Positions 12,915 through 27,783 of a stretch of 64,000 bases of DNA are shown piece after piece. Under the pieces are notes generated by a model, which was given only the letters and a program-made list of their open reading frames with translations, had not been told where the DNA came from and searched no databases. Position numbers and translations under genes: made by a program. Location of the stretch: the NCBI RefSeq assembly GCF_006345805.1, contig NC_043016.1:30380001-30444000 (forward strand). Reading direction: 5' to 3'. The stretch's first letter is position 1; each line of letters begins with the position of its first letter. This DNA comes from Octopus sinensis. Its lineage: Eukaryota.

Positions 12915-14711
12915 CTAAAAAGGAAGAGAGAGTGAAAAAAGTAACAAAATAAGGATTTTGAGTTTTAGAGATCACCCAGAATAAAATACTCCCTTCGCTA
13001 TCAATGTTGTCATTACTACTACTACCATCACCCCAGCCACTGCTACTTGTGCAGAGAGTTATGAAAAACAGGCAACTCTAATAAAGAGGGTGAAGTGTAA
13101 CTTGTATAGGTTATATTTTATGCTTTAATCTAATAGTATACTAAAATAATCCTTCAAGATTTATTTCATACTTTTACTTGGTTTTCTTATCTGCTTTACA
13201 AGATTCTTTATGTGAATTTGTGCGTTGAAGCAAATTTTGTTGTGTCTGGGAAGTCATACTGCCTTAATGTCGATCACCAGTTCAATTTCCATCTATTGTT
13301 CATATCTTTTTTTTCTTCCAAAATTTTCATTGCTTTTGCAACCTTGTCAATGGATGTTTACTGTCTGTTATTGGAGCTGGATTCCTTTTGTCTGTTTGCG
13401 CATGCATGTGCACCAGTGTGCATGTGTACTTGAGTATGCATATACGTGTGTATGCATGTTTGTATGTATGCATATGTGTAAGTTTGTATGTATTCTGCAT
13501 GTTCATGTGTGTGTGTGTGTGTGTGTGCATGCTTGTGTGCAAGTGCGTGTATTTGTGTGTGTACCTCTGTCTCCTTGTGCGCGTGTGCTTAAGTGTGTCT
13601 ATGTGCATGAATTTGTGTGACTATGTACAAGTGTACATACATATATGCATAGACAAGCACACATACACACTGATGCACAAAAAGACAACAGGAACACAGC
13701 TCCAATAATGGACAGAGTCAACATCTATTGACAAGTTTGCAAAAGCAACAAAAATTTAGGAAGAAAAGAAAATAATAAACGAATGGAAATTGAAGTGGTG
13801 TGTTAGTAAGGCAGTATGACTCTCCCCCAGACACAACAAAATTCATACTTTTAGTTTTCTTGAAATTACTTGCGATATTAAAATTAATGAGCTTAATTGA
13901 TACTTTTAAAAACATTAAATCTAAAAGTATTAAAATAAAAACAAAGCACAGACCTGTTTGCATTTGGGAGAAATCCACATTTCTGAAAATAATAAGAAAA
14001 AAAATGGTAAAATAAAATTAAACTTGGTCATGTAAAATGAGATACAATTAATTAACATTAATGGTATATCAAAAAATAGTACAGTTGTGATTTCATCATT
14101 GATAATTATTAAAAACTATTTTTTTTACATAAACTGTGTATCCCTACAATCAATTACTTATCCACCACCCAACAATTAGGTACCACTACTTTTTATCATG
14201 CCTGTTTGCTTGATTGATCTGTTAGCTGCAGGACTTCACTCTGATCAATCAGAAAGTAACAAAGTTAAGAAATCCAAAGCTCCTTTTGGTAAAGATTTTT
14301 CTAAACAAAATAATTCATCTTTCTTGATGCCACTTAAAATATTTTTGATTCTGTTTTTGGTGGATTATATAATATAATTTACCCCAAATTGCTATAATAC
14401 TAAGTAATACAAAAATCTATTCACACACATAAAGAAATACACTTCCACGAACACAAGAACAAAGCAATATAATATTCTTTATTTTCTTTCTTTTTTTTAT
14501 TCGTTTCAGTCATTTTGACTGTGGCCATGCTGGAGCTCCGTTTTTAGTCGAGCAAATCAACCCCAGGACTTATTTTCTGTAAGCCTAGTTCTTATCCTAT
14601 CAGTGTCTTATGCCGAACCACTAAGTAACGGGGACGTAAACACACCAGCATCGATGTCAAGCAATGTTGGGACACACACACACACACAAACATATACACG
14701 CATATACATAC

Positions 14712-14742
<31 letters not shown>

Positions 14743-15169
14743 CACACATACATATATACGATGGGCTTCTTTCAGTTTCTGTCTATCAAATTCACTCACA
14801 AGGCTTTGGTTGGCCCGAGGCTATAGTAGAAGACACTTGCCTAAAGTCCCAAACAGTGGGACTGAACCTGGAACCATGTGGTTGGTAAGCAAGCTACTTA
14901 CTACACAGCCATGTGTTATTCTGAGAACATGTTATAAGAAAAAGACAAAAATGTATAGTAACCTTTTTCTCCCCTTACTAACTCAAAAAATGTGGAAAAT
15001 ATATTGAAAGAATTATCTTAGATTTAACACCACCCTCCTTTCTTTTTTGTTTTTCTGTTCAGTCTGGAGGAAGAGGTGAAGGTTTGCAAAGCAAATTTAT
15101 TTAACCATTCTGCTATCATGAGGATATTGGTTCAATCCTAGTGTGGGTAAATGTGATCTTCTGCAGCCA

Positions 15170-15777
15170 TTAGCTAGTGGGTTTCAACCAGGGTCCACAT
15201 GGCCCTTGTGGGTCCATGTAAGAATCTCCGGTTAAACTTTTTGAGCAATAAATTGGTTATAGTTCTACAATACACAAAATATTTCAACAATTGTTTTTTC
15301 TATACAAATCCTAATAATAGGTTAAAGGTAAAGACATCCACCGGTCATGAATGACCAAAGGATTGCATCTAGAAAGTTACCCTCTGAGGCACAAGTCTGG
15401 ACAAGGTTGTTTATGGGAGACCAGCAGTCACCCATGCATACCAGCCTCCCCTTTTTATGCCACCAATATTATCCAAAGGAAAGGCAAAGTCTGATACAGC
15501 TTGGCACCAGTGACATCACAACTCATTTCTACAGATGAGTGAACTGGAGCAACATGAAATAAAGTGTCTTGCTCAAGAACACAACACACAACCCAGTCTG
15601 GGAATAGAACTCACTACCTCATGATTGTGAGCCCGATACCCAAACAACTGAGCCAACGCCTTCACTTCTGTTCCTAATAATATTTAATTATAAAAATATA
15701 ATGGAACTTTTCTAAACATTGAATATCTATAGGAATTAAAGGGGTCCAGAGGTAGAAAAATGGTTGAGAACCACTGA
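15170..15777. mobile_element. Degenerate hAT MITE with a nested SINE (about 15346-15665, -)
   Basis: Ends TAGTGGGTTTCAACC / GGTTGAGAACCACTG. A related left end at about 61387 is interrupted by a SINE. Confidence 0.6.
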
Positions 15778-16626
15778 GTGAAAATGGGTTCGTGCCTATA
15801 GCCTTAGCAGACCTTCCAAAACCAGTGTTCCTGAATTGAAATACAAGTGGTTGAGTATTTTATACAAGTGTAATATAAAAAGGATAAAGTTCCTTTCCAA
15901 GTCATATACATTTATAGGGCTGGTTTCCAAATTCACTGTGTATATATTCTCTTTTCCCTGGACAAGACAAGATGCTGGACTGTTGCAGGATTACTCATTT
16001 TTGCCAGTTGCGATGACTGGAACAACAGGAAATGAAGTGTTTTGCTCAGGAACACAACACATCACTTGGACCAGGAATCAAAACCACAATCTTATGATCA
16101 CGAGTTCAACACTCTAACCGCTAAGCCACATGCCTCCACAGACACATGTGCCCTCAATGGAATTCTCAGGCAGAATCAGTATGACACAGCGTGTGAGAAG
16201 GCTGTATCTTTTTAAATTACAAGAACAAACCATCCAACAGGCTTCCTGTACAGTTTCCATGTGCCCAATTTCATTCACAAAGCCTTTGGGTCAACCTGTG
16301 GTTATTGAAAATTACATTCGCCCATGATTCCACATCCAGTGGAATTGAATCTGAAATCTCAGTTGCAAAACAAATTTATTGACCATTTGGCCATTTTGGT
16401 TTAATGGTCCTCTTGAACAGTTGCAAACTAATAATAATTATATCATAATTTCTGGCAATAAGACAGCATATTCTTCAAGAGTTTACTCAAGGGATATAAA
16501 AACGCCAGAAACAGTCAAAATGTGTGCGTTTATCAATACATTATTGATAATACATACACTCTGTCCATGTTGAATTATCAACTTCCAATGCAATAGTAGT
16601 TTTTCTTTCTCATTCAGCTTAAACTT

Positions 16627-16856
16627 TTAACCCTTCAGCATTTAAACCTGCCATATCTGACCCAAATATTCTGCCTGTTTTATGTTCAAACTAGTTAGAA
16701 CTAGCCTCTTACATTTATCCTACAATGTCATTCTAAAAATAAACAATCACATCATTGAAATCTCAAAACTATAAGATAGAATGCATGATTAATTCAAAAC
16801 AATGTGAATAAAGAAGCATTACATTTGACAAAATAATGTGAATGCTAAAGGGTTAA
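16627..16856. mobile_element. piggyBac-type MITE; copies also at about 9410-9860 (tandem pair), 24745-24966, 61158-61385
   Basis: TTAA|CCCTT(C/T)AGCATT ... AATGCTAAAGGG|TTAA. Confidence 0.8.
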
Positions 16857-18299
16857 GCATATATTTATCATCACCACTACCACCACCACCATCATCATCA
16901 TCATCAATAATAATCCTTTCTATTACAGACACAAGGCCTGAAATTTTGGGGGAGGGGCTAGTCAATTACACTGACCCCAGTGCATAGCTGGTACTTATTT
17001 CATCGACCCAGAAAGGATCAAAGGCAAGTTGACCTCGGCAGAATTTGAACTCAAAATATAAAGATGGATGAAATGTCACTTTAACAGTTTGCCTGGTTGA
17101 ATGAGTTCGCTGCCTTATCATCAATAATAATGGTTTCAAATTTTGGCACAAGAACAGCAACTTCAGGGGAGTGGGTAAGTCGATTACATTGACCCCCAAC
17201 ATTTCATTGGAACTTATTTTATCAACCCCAAAAGGATGAAAGGCAAAGTCGACCTCAGCGGAATTTGAACTCAGAACACGAAGATGGACAAAACACCACA
17301 AAGCATTTTGCCAGGCATGCTAACGATTCTGCCAGCTCGCTGCTTTAATCAATAATAATAACAACAAAAAAGCATTTTAAAACACCTGTCTGAACCATAA
17401 ATATGGATTAAATAATTTATACTGAAATATATCAATACAAGTCCTTTACTACTTTCAATTATTGAAATATGGCTAAGCTAGAGTACCACTTTAAATTATA
17501 TTGAGCCCTGTTGCTTGTAGACAGATACTATTTTATCAATTCCAAAAACACTCTTGTTTGCCCTATGCAAGCATAGAAAAGCAGACATTAAAACAATGAC
17601 AAGGATGATGATGATGATATGCTGTGCTACATGAATATTCATTGTTCTTTTTTACCAACTATAGAGTTTGTTCAAGCTATGTTAGGATCAATAAGTGTTA
17701 ACAGGTTATCTGTATATATGTTCCATCCACCATATCAAAAAAATAAGCATACTACTTAGGCATTGATAAAGAAATCTAGAACAAATTAGTGATCTACATC
17801 TCTAAGCACAATAAAATTGTTAATCTATTTATAAGTTCTGTTTTAGAGTAACAGCTGGCCATGTTGATTACATGGCAACAGTCTCTCATTGTCTCTCACC
17901 CATATAACACTTTACCACCAGGGTCATCTAATTGTTTACAACCCCACCCATAAAAATTTCTCACTGTGTACCAAGTGTAGAAACAATTATTTTTTATCAA
18001 AAAGAATGAAGGACTGGCAAAATACAGTAGTTAACAATGTCCCTTTATTTTCAGAATTCCAATCATACTTAGGTCAACTTTGCTTGTGGCTTTGTGCCTA
18101 CACCAATAATAACAACAAGAACACCCAGAGAGTGCAAACCTCCACCAAGGCAACACCAACATCCTCTCAACGATTAGCTGGAGATGATTTTTAAAATGAG
18201 AATATCTGAAATAAACTCGACTGCTCTCACAAATGAGAATACTAAAAATGAACCCAAACGCTTTAAAAAATTAAGTAAAATAAACTGGTAGACATGGAA

Positions 18300-18600
18300 T
18301 GTGAAGGTGGGTGTATGGGTTGAGCTTGTAATGCTGTATGTGTAATGCTGTATGTCGTCTGCAGTGGGAACAGGGACAGTTTTCTCTATGAAGGCCTTTT
18401 CTAGTCTATCCACTAATATAATATCTTTATGACCATTAAGGTCTATAGTGAAAAATTTATCCATACATGAAAGAAAACGGAAAGGACCTGCATACGGTGC
18501 TGTTAACAGAGGTTTAACAACATCATTGTACACAAAAATGTGAGTCCAAGAAGTAAAGCTTCCTTCAAGGCAGAGCTAGAAATGCAATTGTCAAGTAGGT
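18300..18600 (-). mobile_element. Ty3/Gypsy integrase C-terminal (GPY/F) fragment
   Basis: THIFVYNDVVKPLLTAPYAGPFRFLSCMDKFFTIDLNGHKDIILVDRLEKAF. Confidence 0.8.
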
Positions 18601-18949
18601 AAGAAGTTATAAACAGGAGCAATATATTCAAAATTGGTAAAACTAAAAATTGTCAAGGATAAATTAAATTTATTATTGTTACTGAATGTTATTTAATTTC
18701 TGAACAGTTTTGCTGTTGTTTGTTTATGCAGTTTGATTTCAGGATTTCTTTATCAATCAGTTTCTACTAAGATAGAGACGCGAGTAAAATTAATAATAGA
18801 GAAACGAAAATAAATCTTTAGAAACGGCAACACCATCATAACTTACATGGAAACCATGAGCGTACTTTAAAGGGAAATAATCAGTGAAAGACTTGAAAGT
18901 CAACATAAGATTGTAATACTTCATGTATAGTAAAATAAATATAACAAAT

Positions 18950-19135
18950 AATCCAGAATCCTTGTCCTGTACTGGATTGATCCCAAAATCTAATCAGTCC
19001 GTGTCAGTCACGAGGCCAAACATCCCTGAAAGTTTCATCTCAATCCATCAAGTGGTTCTTGAGATATCTTGTCCACAGACAAACAAACATGACTGAAAAT
19101 AATACCTCTACCATCACTAAGGTGGAGGTAATAAT
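18950..19135 (-). mobile_element. Non-autonomous 'ATTACCTCC..GGAGGT' element (Helentron-associated or Crypton-like; class uncertain)
   Basis: Minus: ATTACCTCCACC..GTAGAGGTATTATTTTC..GTTTGTTTGTCTGTGGACAAGATATCTCAAGAACC..GATGAAACTTTCAGG. Confidence 0.4.
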
Positions 19136-21165
19136 GATAAATACAACCCTCTTAAATATGAGATAGGTTGATTACAGAAAATGAAAGAGGTGAAGACAGT
19201 GCTAATTATTGTTGGGTCCTTGGGAACTATCACTCAATATGATTTCTTGATGTCACATAATTAGAAACTAGAAACAATTTCCTGTTGTTTAAACCATCAA
19301 ATAAACAATCTCTATTGCAGATCTCATCACACTCCTCTCATTGTCTAGTAATAAAAATACCCTTTCTACTACGGGCACAAGGCCTGAAATTTTTGGGGAG
19401 GGGACTCATCAATTACATTGACCCCAGTACATAACTGGTACTTATTTCATCGACTTCCCCACAAAAGGATGAAACAATTCTGCCAGCTCACTGCCTTAAT
19501 AATATTAATAATAATAATCCTTTCTACTAAAGGTAGAAGGCCTGAAATTTGGTGGGAGGGAACTAGTCAATTACATTGACCCTAGTGTTTCACTGGTACT
19601 TAATCTATTGACCCCAAATGAATGAAAGGCAAAGTCAACCTCGGTGGAATTTGAATTCAGAATGTGAAGATGGTCAAAATGCAGCTAAGCATTTCACCCA
19701 GTGTGCTAACGATTCTGCCAGCTCAACACCTTAATAATAATAATAATCAGTGCTACTGCTAAGCATCCCTTCCTACTTTATTTTCAACTGAACACTTTTT
19801 TCTCCTGAACTACATTTTATGAATCATACCTCATCTATAACACCCTCTCATATTTGCCATTGTCCCCATCACCACCACAACTTTGTCACTTATTACATAA
19901 CTCTGACCTTTGTATCAAATGCTAATTTTTCATCCCTCTATGGGTTTAGTTATACTGCTGCTCCCCAACTTTTATGTACTTCCACCTATCACCTCCTCCT
20001 CCCTAACCCCAATGCTGTCACCTTCATCTCCCCAAAACTGATATTTACAATCACCCACATTCTTGCCTTGGTTCTACATTCAGTACATTGACCTCTACCT
20101 TGCTCTCCAACCATCTGTCACTGTCCTTTCACATTCTTATGAACTTAACTACCCTCCCTTCCTAATACTCTGTCTTTATTCTTATTTATATCCACCTTCT
20201 TGTACCATGAGACTGTGCTCTGACACCCCATCACCATAGTCGCTGTTTCCTTTTCAGCTACTCCCACTTACCCTTATATAATGTGAGGTTACCATGCATC
20301 TCCTCTGTAGCAAAATATCTGTACCTGTCCATATTCATACTTTTACCTCTCAACAACTGGCACTAAACTACATTCTCTCTCAATCAAGGAGATTTTTTGT
20401 CTTCTGACTTATTTGGTAACCTCACTAGTGCTGGTGCTACAAAAAATGCACCCAGTATATTCCATTGAGTGGCTGGTGTTAGGAAGGGCATACAGCTGTA
20501 GAAAACAGACATTGGCCACCATGTATCTCCTTTGTAGCAAGCCACCTGCACCAATCCATAATCATATTTTCACCTCTCAACACCAGACACAAAACCACTT
20601 CAATACTATACCCTAATTCAGTGAAGGGGCCTTGTGTTGTACATTATATGCTGACCTCACTAGTACTGCTGCTACAAAAAAGCACCCAGCACACTCTCTG
20701 TAAAGTGGTTGGTGTTAGGAAGAGCATCCAGCTGTAGAAAACAGGCATTAGAGTTCAATAGTTTTCCAGCTCAAATCCTGCCAAATCATCTAACCTATGT
20801 CAGCATGGATGTTATCTGATGAACATGGTCTTCAGAGCCTTCCTTTCACAGTAGTTAAGCCAACCTCATTAAGCTGGGTGAGGAAGAGACACATTGACTG
20901 CCAAAACAAACTACAAGTAAATAATGAAGAAAGCTAACCCAAATGAAAATCCAATCTATAAAAAAATCTTTTTTTTTTCAATTAAGCTCAGAAAAATAAA
21001 TTGTTGCTGTACTTGCTGCATTCATCACTATAAAAATAGTGTGAAATTACAGAAATAAAGGCAAAGGTTAAATTGTTGTGGTTTTAAGTGAAACTATCAA
21101 AATGAAACAAATGAGGAGTAAACGTGTGTGTGTGTGTGTGTGTGTGATACTTCATATGCATATGC

Positions 21166-21219
<54 letters not shown>

Positions 21220-22129
21220 TGTGTATGAACAGTAATACATAGCAATACAATTATGTATATAAACCTGTATGTGTGTGAGAGAGAAAGAAGAGAACATCTA
21301 TGCATATTTCATGTACATAGGAAAAGGGAGGGTTAGGGTTAGGATACATGTCCACATGGTTTTTTTTTTTTTTTTGTAAAAGAATGTGATTGCAGACATA
21401 TGTGTTTTGCTGAATTACCTCAGCATCAATGCATGTGCGATGAGCTTTTAAAGGAGTGGTGGGTGGAATAAAGAAAACATCAAAGAGTGAGGAAAAAAGC
21501 CCAAAACAAGTGGGTAGGTACACTGAGGCAGGAAGAGAGAGAACAATTCAAGAATGACAAAGCATACCTACTTTCTCTCTCTCTCTTACACACACACACA
21601 GAGTACATATAGCAAAGAAATTATGAACATCAGCATGATGATGATTTCATTTAAAATAGTTTTTTTCTTTTTTGAGACAACATAGAACAATGACCTTTTC
21701 TTTATACAAAGAGAAACCAGAATAGTAGTCTTTATAAAAAAAAAGACAAAATAGTAGCCAAATTTCTCTGAAATTGCACTTTATCAACTTAAGTAAAGAT
21801 CACATTAAAATAATATAGTCCTATTACATTGTTCAGTGGGGTGGTCACTGCTGGAAGACTTGACAGATGGCCTAGAGCTAAACAGCAATGACAGTTTCTC
21901 TTGTTGCTTTCAGCTACAGGTTGTGGCCATGCTGGAGCACTACCATTGTAGTCACTTTTATTTATCAGTTCTCAATCATAGATATTAAAGAGAGTTTAAC
22001 ACTTTTGTCACCATATTTCTGCTGAGATACTCTGTCTTTGCTTCAATTAATTTTGAACATAATGAAGAATTTACTAAAATAGCTTTGTCATAATTAATTA
22101 GTGTTTGGATCATAAATTAACACTAAGTT

Positions 22130-22628
22130 CTGATAGAAGATTTCGGCATAAAGAAGTTCTGAGCTCTAATTGTAGAGGGTACCTGAGGAAGGGTAGAACC
22201 AGGCAGATGTGGGCTGAAATGATGAGAAAGGATCTTTGGATGCTGGGCCTCACTGAGGAAATGATAAGGGACCGGGAGATGTGGAAATTTGCTGTACATG
22301 ATAAGACATATCAAGCTAAGCAAAATTACTGTCTTCCACATGTACAAGCTTGTCCTTTCAGGTGCTGGTGCCACTTAAGAAGTGCCCATGCTGGTGCTGC
22401 GTTAATGCACCTCTGCTGGTGCTGCATAGACACACCCGTAACAGTGTCACATAAAAAACAGCCAGCACACTCTCTTAAGGGGTCGGTGTTAGGAAGGCCA
22501 TCCGGCCATAGAAACCATGAAACAACAGACAGTTGGAGTCTAGGCAGCTCCCTGCTAACCAGCTATGTTAAACCATCCAACCCACGCCAGCATGGAGAGC
22601 AGATGTCAAATGATGATGATGATGACTC
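22130..22628 (+). mobile_element. RTE LINE 3' fragment (same family as 768-2108)
   Basis: GYLRKGRTRQMWAEMMRKDLWMLGLTEEMIRDREMW plus the same 3' UTR motifs and (GAT)n tail. Confidence 0.8.
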
Positions 22629-25600
22629 TTGAAAACAAAATGCTTGTACAACAGAGCCAAGGGCAGTCTCAGATAGGTTGATATCAAAAGGGTTAATCTT
22701 GTAACAAAGAAAGGTAGTCTGTTGTCTGATGGGCCATAATGTTACCAACATAAATCCCACAGATGTCCATTATTATTTCAACCTTGGTTGACATCAATAG
22801 CACAATGTCCAGCAGTGAGAAGGAAAACATTGATTAAATGACATTTTTCTTACAGTTAATAAAAAATCTGAAAACAATAAGGAGAGATAACAACAATATA
22901 GATGTATCGGTATCAGTTCCTCCCATGCTCTCAAGCATATTGAGCAGCAAGTTGATGCCAGTGTCTTCTGTTGTCTGTGGTCTTCTCTATACAAGCCATC
23001 ATATATGTACATATATCTCATCATGCCAGTCCTTAGCCCAGAAAAATGGAGGAAGGTTGAGCATTGGGCAAGCGATCCAATCCAACCTCATAAAACAGGA
23101 ACCGCTACAGAAATGGCAAAAGAAAGCCAATCACAAAACAATATCAGTGGCGGAGAATATTGGACAATGTTGATCATGTGTCTGCAGAAGCATCTTTTAC
23201 CTCTTTTATTTGTTTCAGTCATTTGACTGTGACCATTCTGGGGCAGTGTCTTGAAGGGTTTTAGTGGAAAAAATTGACCCCAGGACTTATTTCTATAATG
23301 CCTAGTACTCATTCTATTGGTCTATTTTGCCGAACTGTTAAGTTATGGGGACACAAACACAACATTGCCTGTCAAGCAGTGATGGTGACAGTGGGGGGGA
23401 ACAGACACAACGACACACACACACACACACACACATACATATATATATATATGACAGGCTTCTTTCAGTTCCCATTTACCAAATCCACTCACAGGGCTTT
23501 GGTCAGCCCGAGGCTATAGTAGAAAAAACATTCAACCAAGGTGTCAAGCAGTGGGACTGAACCCAGAACCATGTGGTTGGGAACCAAACTTTCTTATTTC
23601 TTTATTACCCACAGGGGGCTAAACATAGAGGGGACAAGCAAGGACAGACAAAGTGATTATGTTGATCAGATCAACCCCCAATGCATACTTAATTTATCGA
23701 CCCCGAAAGGATGAAAGGCAAAGTCGACCTCGGCGGAATTTGAACTCAGAATGTAGTGGCAGATGAAATACCGCTAGGCATTTCGACCAGCGTGCTAATG
23801 TTTCTGCCAGCTTGCCACCTTCAAACTTCTTACCACACAGCTACACCTGTGCCTACACACAGTCATGTCTAGGCTATACCGGCAAGGCTCCTGTCAACAT
23901 GATGTTAGTGTAACTATGGGAAGGCTGCTGACTTTGAGCTGATACACATTGATATTGGAGTCATAAGAAGATGAAATGCTTGAACAGGTACCAAATGTCT
24001 TTTTACCCAACCTTCTATCAGTTCAGCCAATCCACTACCTTGGAATGGAAACTTGTTATTTTATCAACAGGAAGGAAAGTAAAGTAAACTTCAGTGGAAT
24101 TTCAACTCAGAACACAAACAATCAGAACAAATATTCTACAGATAAATTTTGGACCCAATGCTTTTATTAACTCTTTGCCTGTCTAAAGCATTTTCATGTG
24201 AATTTGTGCTAAACGTTTGTGACTGTTTTCAGACTTAGTGATTCCTTGCTTCTTACATTCTGAGCAATGTAAACTCTCCCTGTCATCAGTCCCAAGTTAC
24301 TCTTCTGGCTGAAAAAACACAGGGAATGTATATCATATATGATGCATGGACACCAGGGAAATTTGTCCTGTGTCTCAAATGTGATACAGAGGAGCGGCAG
24401 AAGGAGTGATGTAACAGATATCTGTAGATATCTTACATTTAATTTCAATCCTGCTATCATCTGAGTTCAAATGTTGCTGAGATCAATTTTTACCCATCAT
24501 CTTTTTGGAGCTCATAAAATAAGTACACAGTTGTGATCATTGTCGTTTAGCTCTGAGTCAACCCCAACTGAATAGTCTGACCAGATGTTCTAGCAATGAA
24601 TATTATTTATTTATTTATTTTTATATATATATATATATAATATAATATATATATATATATATATATCTAAAACTACACTATCTTATGTGTCTTTTTCTTA
24701 TTTTAAGCACTAGAGGATAATTTAAGGGTAACTTTAACTGCTATTGAACCTTTTAGCACATTTAAACTGGTAATATCCAGTCCAAATATTCAATCTGTTT
24801 TATATTCAAACCAGCCATATCCAGCCTCTCACACCTTTCTTTACAATGCCATTCTAAAAAATAAACAATCACATCATTGAAGTCTCACGCTATGAGATAA
24901 CCTCAAAACAACATGAATAAATAAGCATTATATTTGATAAGAGTTATCTGAATGCTAAAGGGTTAAGACAACTAAAATATTATTAAAAATTAGATAAAAA
25001 GAAAATGAAAATATTTCACTGCACATAAATTTTAACAAAATTTTATATGGATCTCTCCTGCCCTCAAGGACCACTTTTTGGTTGAGAGCCACTGCTATAG
25101 ATATTCTTTTATAGGCCTGATAAGCACTAAGGTGTGCCCTTCTAGAATTGTGATTAAGTTAAAAGTCATCAAAAAAAATCCCTAACACTTTCTGAAGCAA
25201 AATTATTTTTCCCCTTCTTCCCGTTCTGGAAAATGAGAGCAACTACAATTTTTTTGTATCTTTGTCATTCAATAAAGTAGATACACCGCACCCACTGCAC
25301 ATTTTTATAGTGAGTCAATGTATTCTTGTCATAATGAAGCTTATGTAAGTACATCAACATATGTAAATGAAACACTCCTATCACCTATCACATTCTCCTT
25401 AAGTAACTCATGCCTCACATCACCTCCTAGACTAACTACTTCTTGGAAGGAGGGAGAGAGAGAGAGAGAGAGCTATTTCTGGTAAACGAGACTTGTTGTC
25501 CTACTGCATTAATGACTAATAATAAATACTTTACCCATGTAAAGTATCATCAAAGTATGCCAACTGCTCTAGACATTCAATAAGGAAGCTTCAACTTAGT

Positions 25601-27147
25601 TTATTTATCTTGTTGAAAACAATCACCAAATTTCCTTCAATTACATACACTACTGCCTTAAATAAAGGATATATTAGAAAACATAGTTTCTTAAGTGTAA
25701 AAATAGATGTGATGGTCATAGCAGCACAAGCATAGCTAGAGCACGTGCTGCCCTTCAGTTTGCCACCCCTGGGCCTCTACAAGAAGTAGATATTGCTGAC
25801 AGAAGACCCAAAAATGGTGCTACCCCATAAAAGTGTCACCTGGGAAAGATCCCACTGCCTCCACTACCACATCCAACACTAGTGCATAACAGAAACAGTT
25901 TCCCCCCACAGATATGTTCAAACAGGCCTGACCTAAAGAACAATCATCTTAACTTTGAGCCAACATTGGAAGGCCACTGTTTCCAGCTCAATGAGCTAGA
26001 AACAGCAGTCAAATTTCCCTCAAATCATACCTACTACCCAAATTAAATTAGGAAAGGCCATAATGGCTAATACAGCCATATACAAGCACCTGTGCAGTGC
26101 CATGTAAAAGACTCTGTAAAGTGATTGGCATTAGGAAAGGCATCCAGCTGTAGAAACCATGCCAAAGAAGACTGGAGTTTGGTGCAGTACCCCAGCTTGC
26201 CAGTTCTGGTCAAACCATCCAACCCATGCATGCATAGACAACAGACGTTAAATGATGATGATGATGGTGGTGGTGGTGTATGTGGGTGCATGTATGTATG
26301 TATCATCATCATCTGTAAACATAACCATAACATCTCACACTGTCTGCTTCTGACTGTTTTTGTCCCCTGCCATCAAGACTTTGATTTCAGAATCAGAGTT
26401 TATATTAGTATTCACTCTGAGTATTCATAGAAACAACTTCATTTCTATTCCTCTACACCATCTATATTATGATGGTGACCAAAATTAAAGCTTAGAAACC
26501 AGTTGGTTCCCAGCTGTGACAATGAAAAGCAAAATGTAAGCATCTCTGCCAAACGGTGTCTGACAGCCATGACAGGCCTTGAAGTAGCACTCTGTTGATA
26601 TTGATGATCTCTCCAGCTGATGGTAAAGTTCTTCTCATTAGCTTATTATATATTCCATTCATTTCTATTTCTAGGTTTCATGGTAAGGTCCAAAATTTCT
26701 AAGATAGATAGCAGAATAATTCCACATGTCTTGAAAAATCCAAGTTTCAGTTTTCTGTCCATGTTAGACTTACATATCTTGTCTACATTATTTACTGCAG
26801 CTCATGGCAATCCTTTCCTTACGTTAAAATCATTCCAGCTTTCTGGGATATAACTGTATAAATATTTAAATTGTACCATCTATTTTATGATTTGACTAGT
26901 TAACGATTCTATATTCTTTTATCCTTTTTCTTTTACTTGTTTCAGTCAACTGACTGTGGCTATGCTGGAGCACTGCCTTGGAGGGTTTTAGTCAAACAAA
27001 TCAACACCGGGACTTTTATTTTAAAGCCTAGTACTTATTCTATTGGTCTCTTTTGCTGAACTGCTAAGTTATGAGGATGTAAACACACCAACACCGATTG
27101 TTAAGTAATATACTGGGCCAAACACAAAGACAAGTATGTGTGGGTGC

Positions 27148-27179
<32 letters not shown>

Positions 27180-27371
27180 ATATAAATATATATATATATA
27201 TAATATATATATATACATACACACACACACAATGGTCTTCTTTCAGTTTTCTACCAAATCACTCGTCAGCCTGAAGCCTTAGTAGAAGGCACTTGCCTAA
27301 GGTGCCGTGAAGTAGGAGTGAACCTGGAATCATGTGGCTGGGAACTGAGCTTCTTACAACACAGTCACACA

Positions 27372-27420
<49 letters not shown>

Positions 27421-27783
27421 GGCTTCTTCCAGTTCCCATCTATCAAATTCATTCATAAGGCTTTGGGACTATAGAAGACCTTTGCCCAAAGTGTGTGTGA
27501 GTATCAGGGGCATATACTCCAGGTGTGCTAGGTGTGTGCTGCATACCATCAAAAATGGCAAATTCATTATAAATATTAACCTTACTCAATAATTTAATTG
27601 CAAATTTAATGAAACCCAATACGGCATACTCACCATATGCCACTGGTGAGTATGTATGTTTGTATGCATACACATATACACAGAATAATGTGCAGACACA
27701 GCTGTGTGGTTAAGAAGTCGGCCTCCCAGCCACACAGTTTAGAGTTCTGTCCCATTGCATGGCACCATAGACAAGTACCTTCC

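Noticed and set aside
14232-14288. Plus-strand 57-nt exon-like segment (LHSDQSESNKVKKSKAPF)
   Set aside because: Isolated; I found no partner exons for a nested antisense gene.
21419-21522. Minus-strand exon-like segment with a strong pyrimidine tract and GTAATT donor
   Set aside because: Phase 1 to 0 fits only via a secondary acceptor at 12897; the peptide is T-rich and hydrophobic, unlike SYNRG. Likely a pseudo-exon.
22785-22850. Minus-strand INVFLLTAGHCA matching the trypsin His motif
   Set aside because: Flanked by stops within about 25 codons, no convincing splice sites, and no Asp/Ser motif exons; probably chance. The 22780-23170 island remains unexplained.
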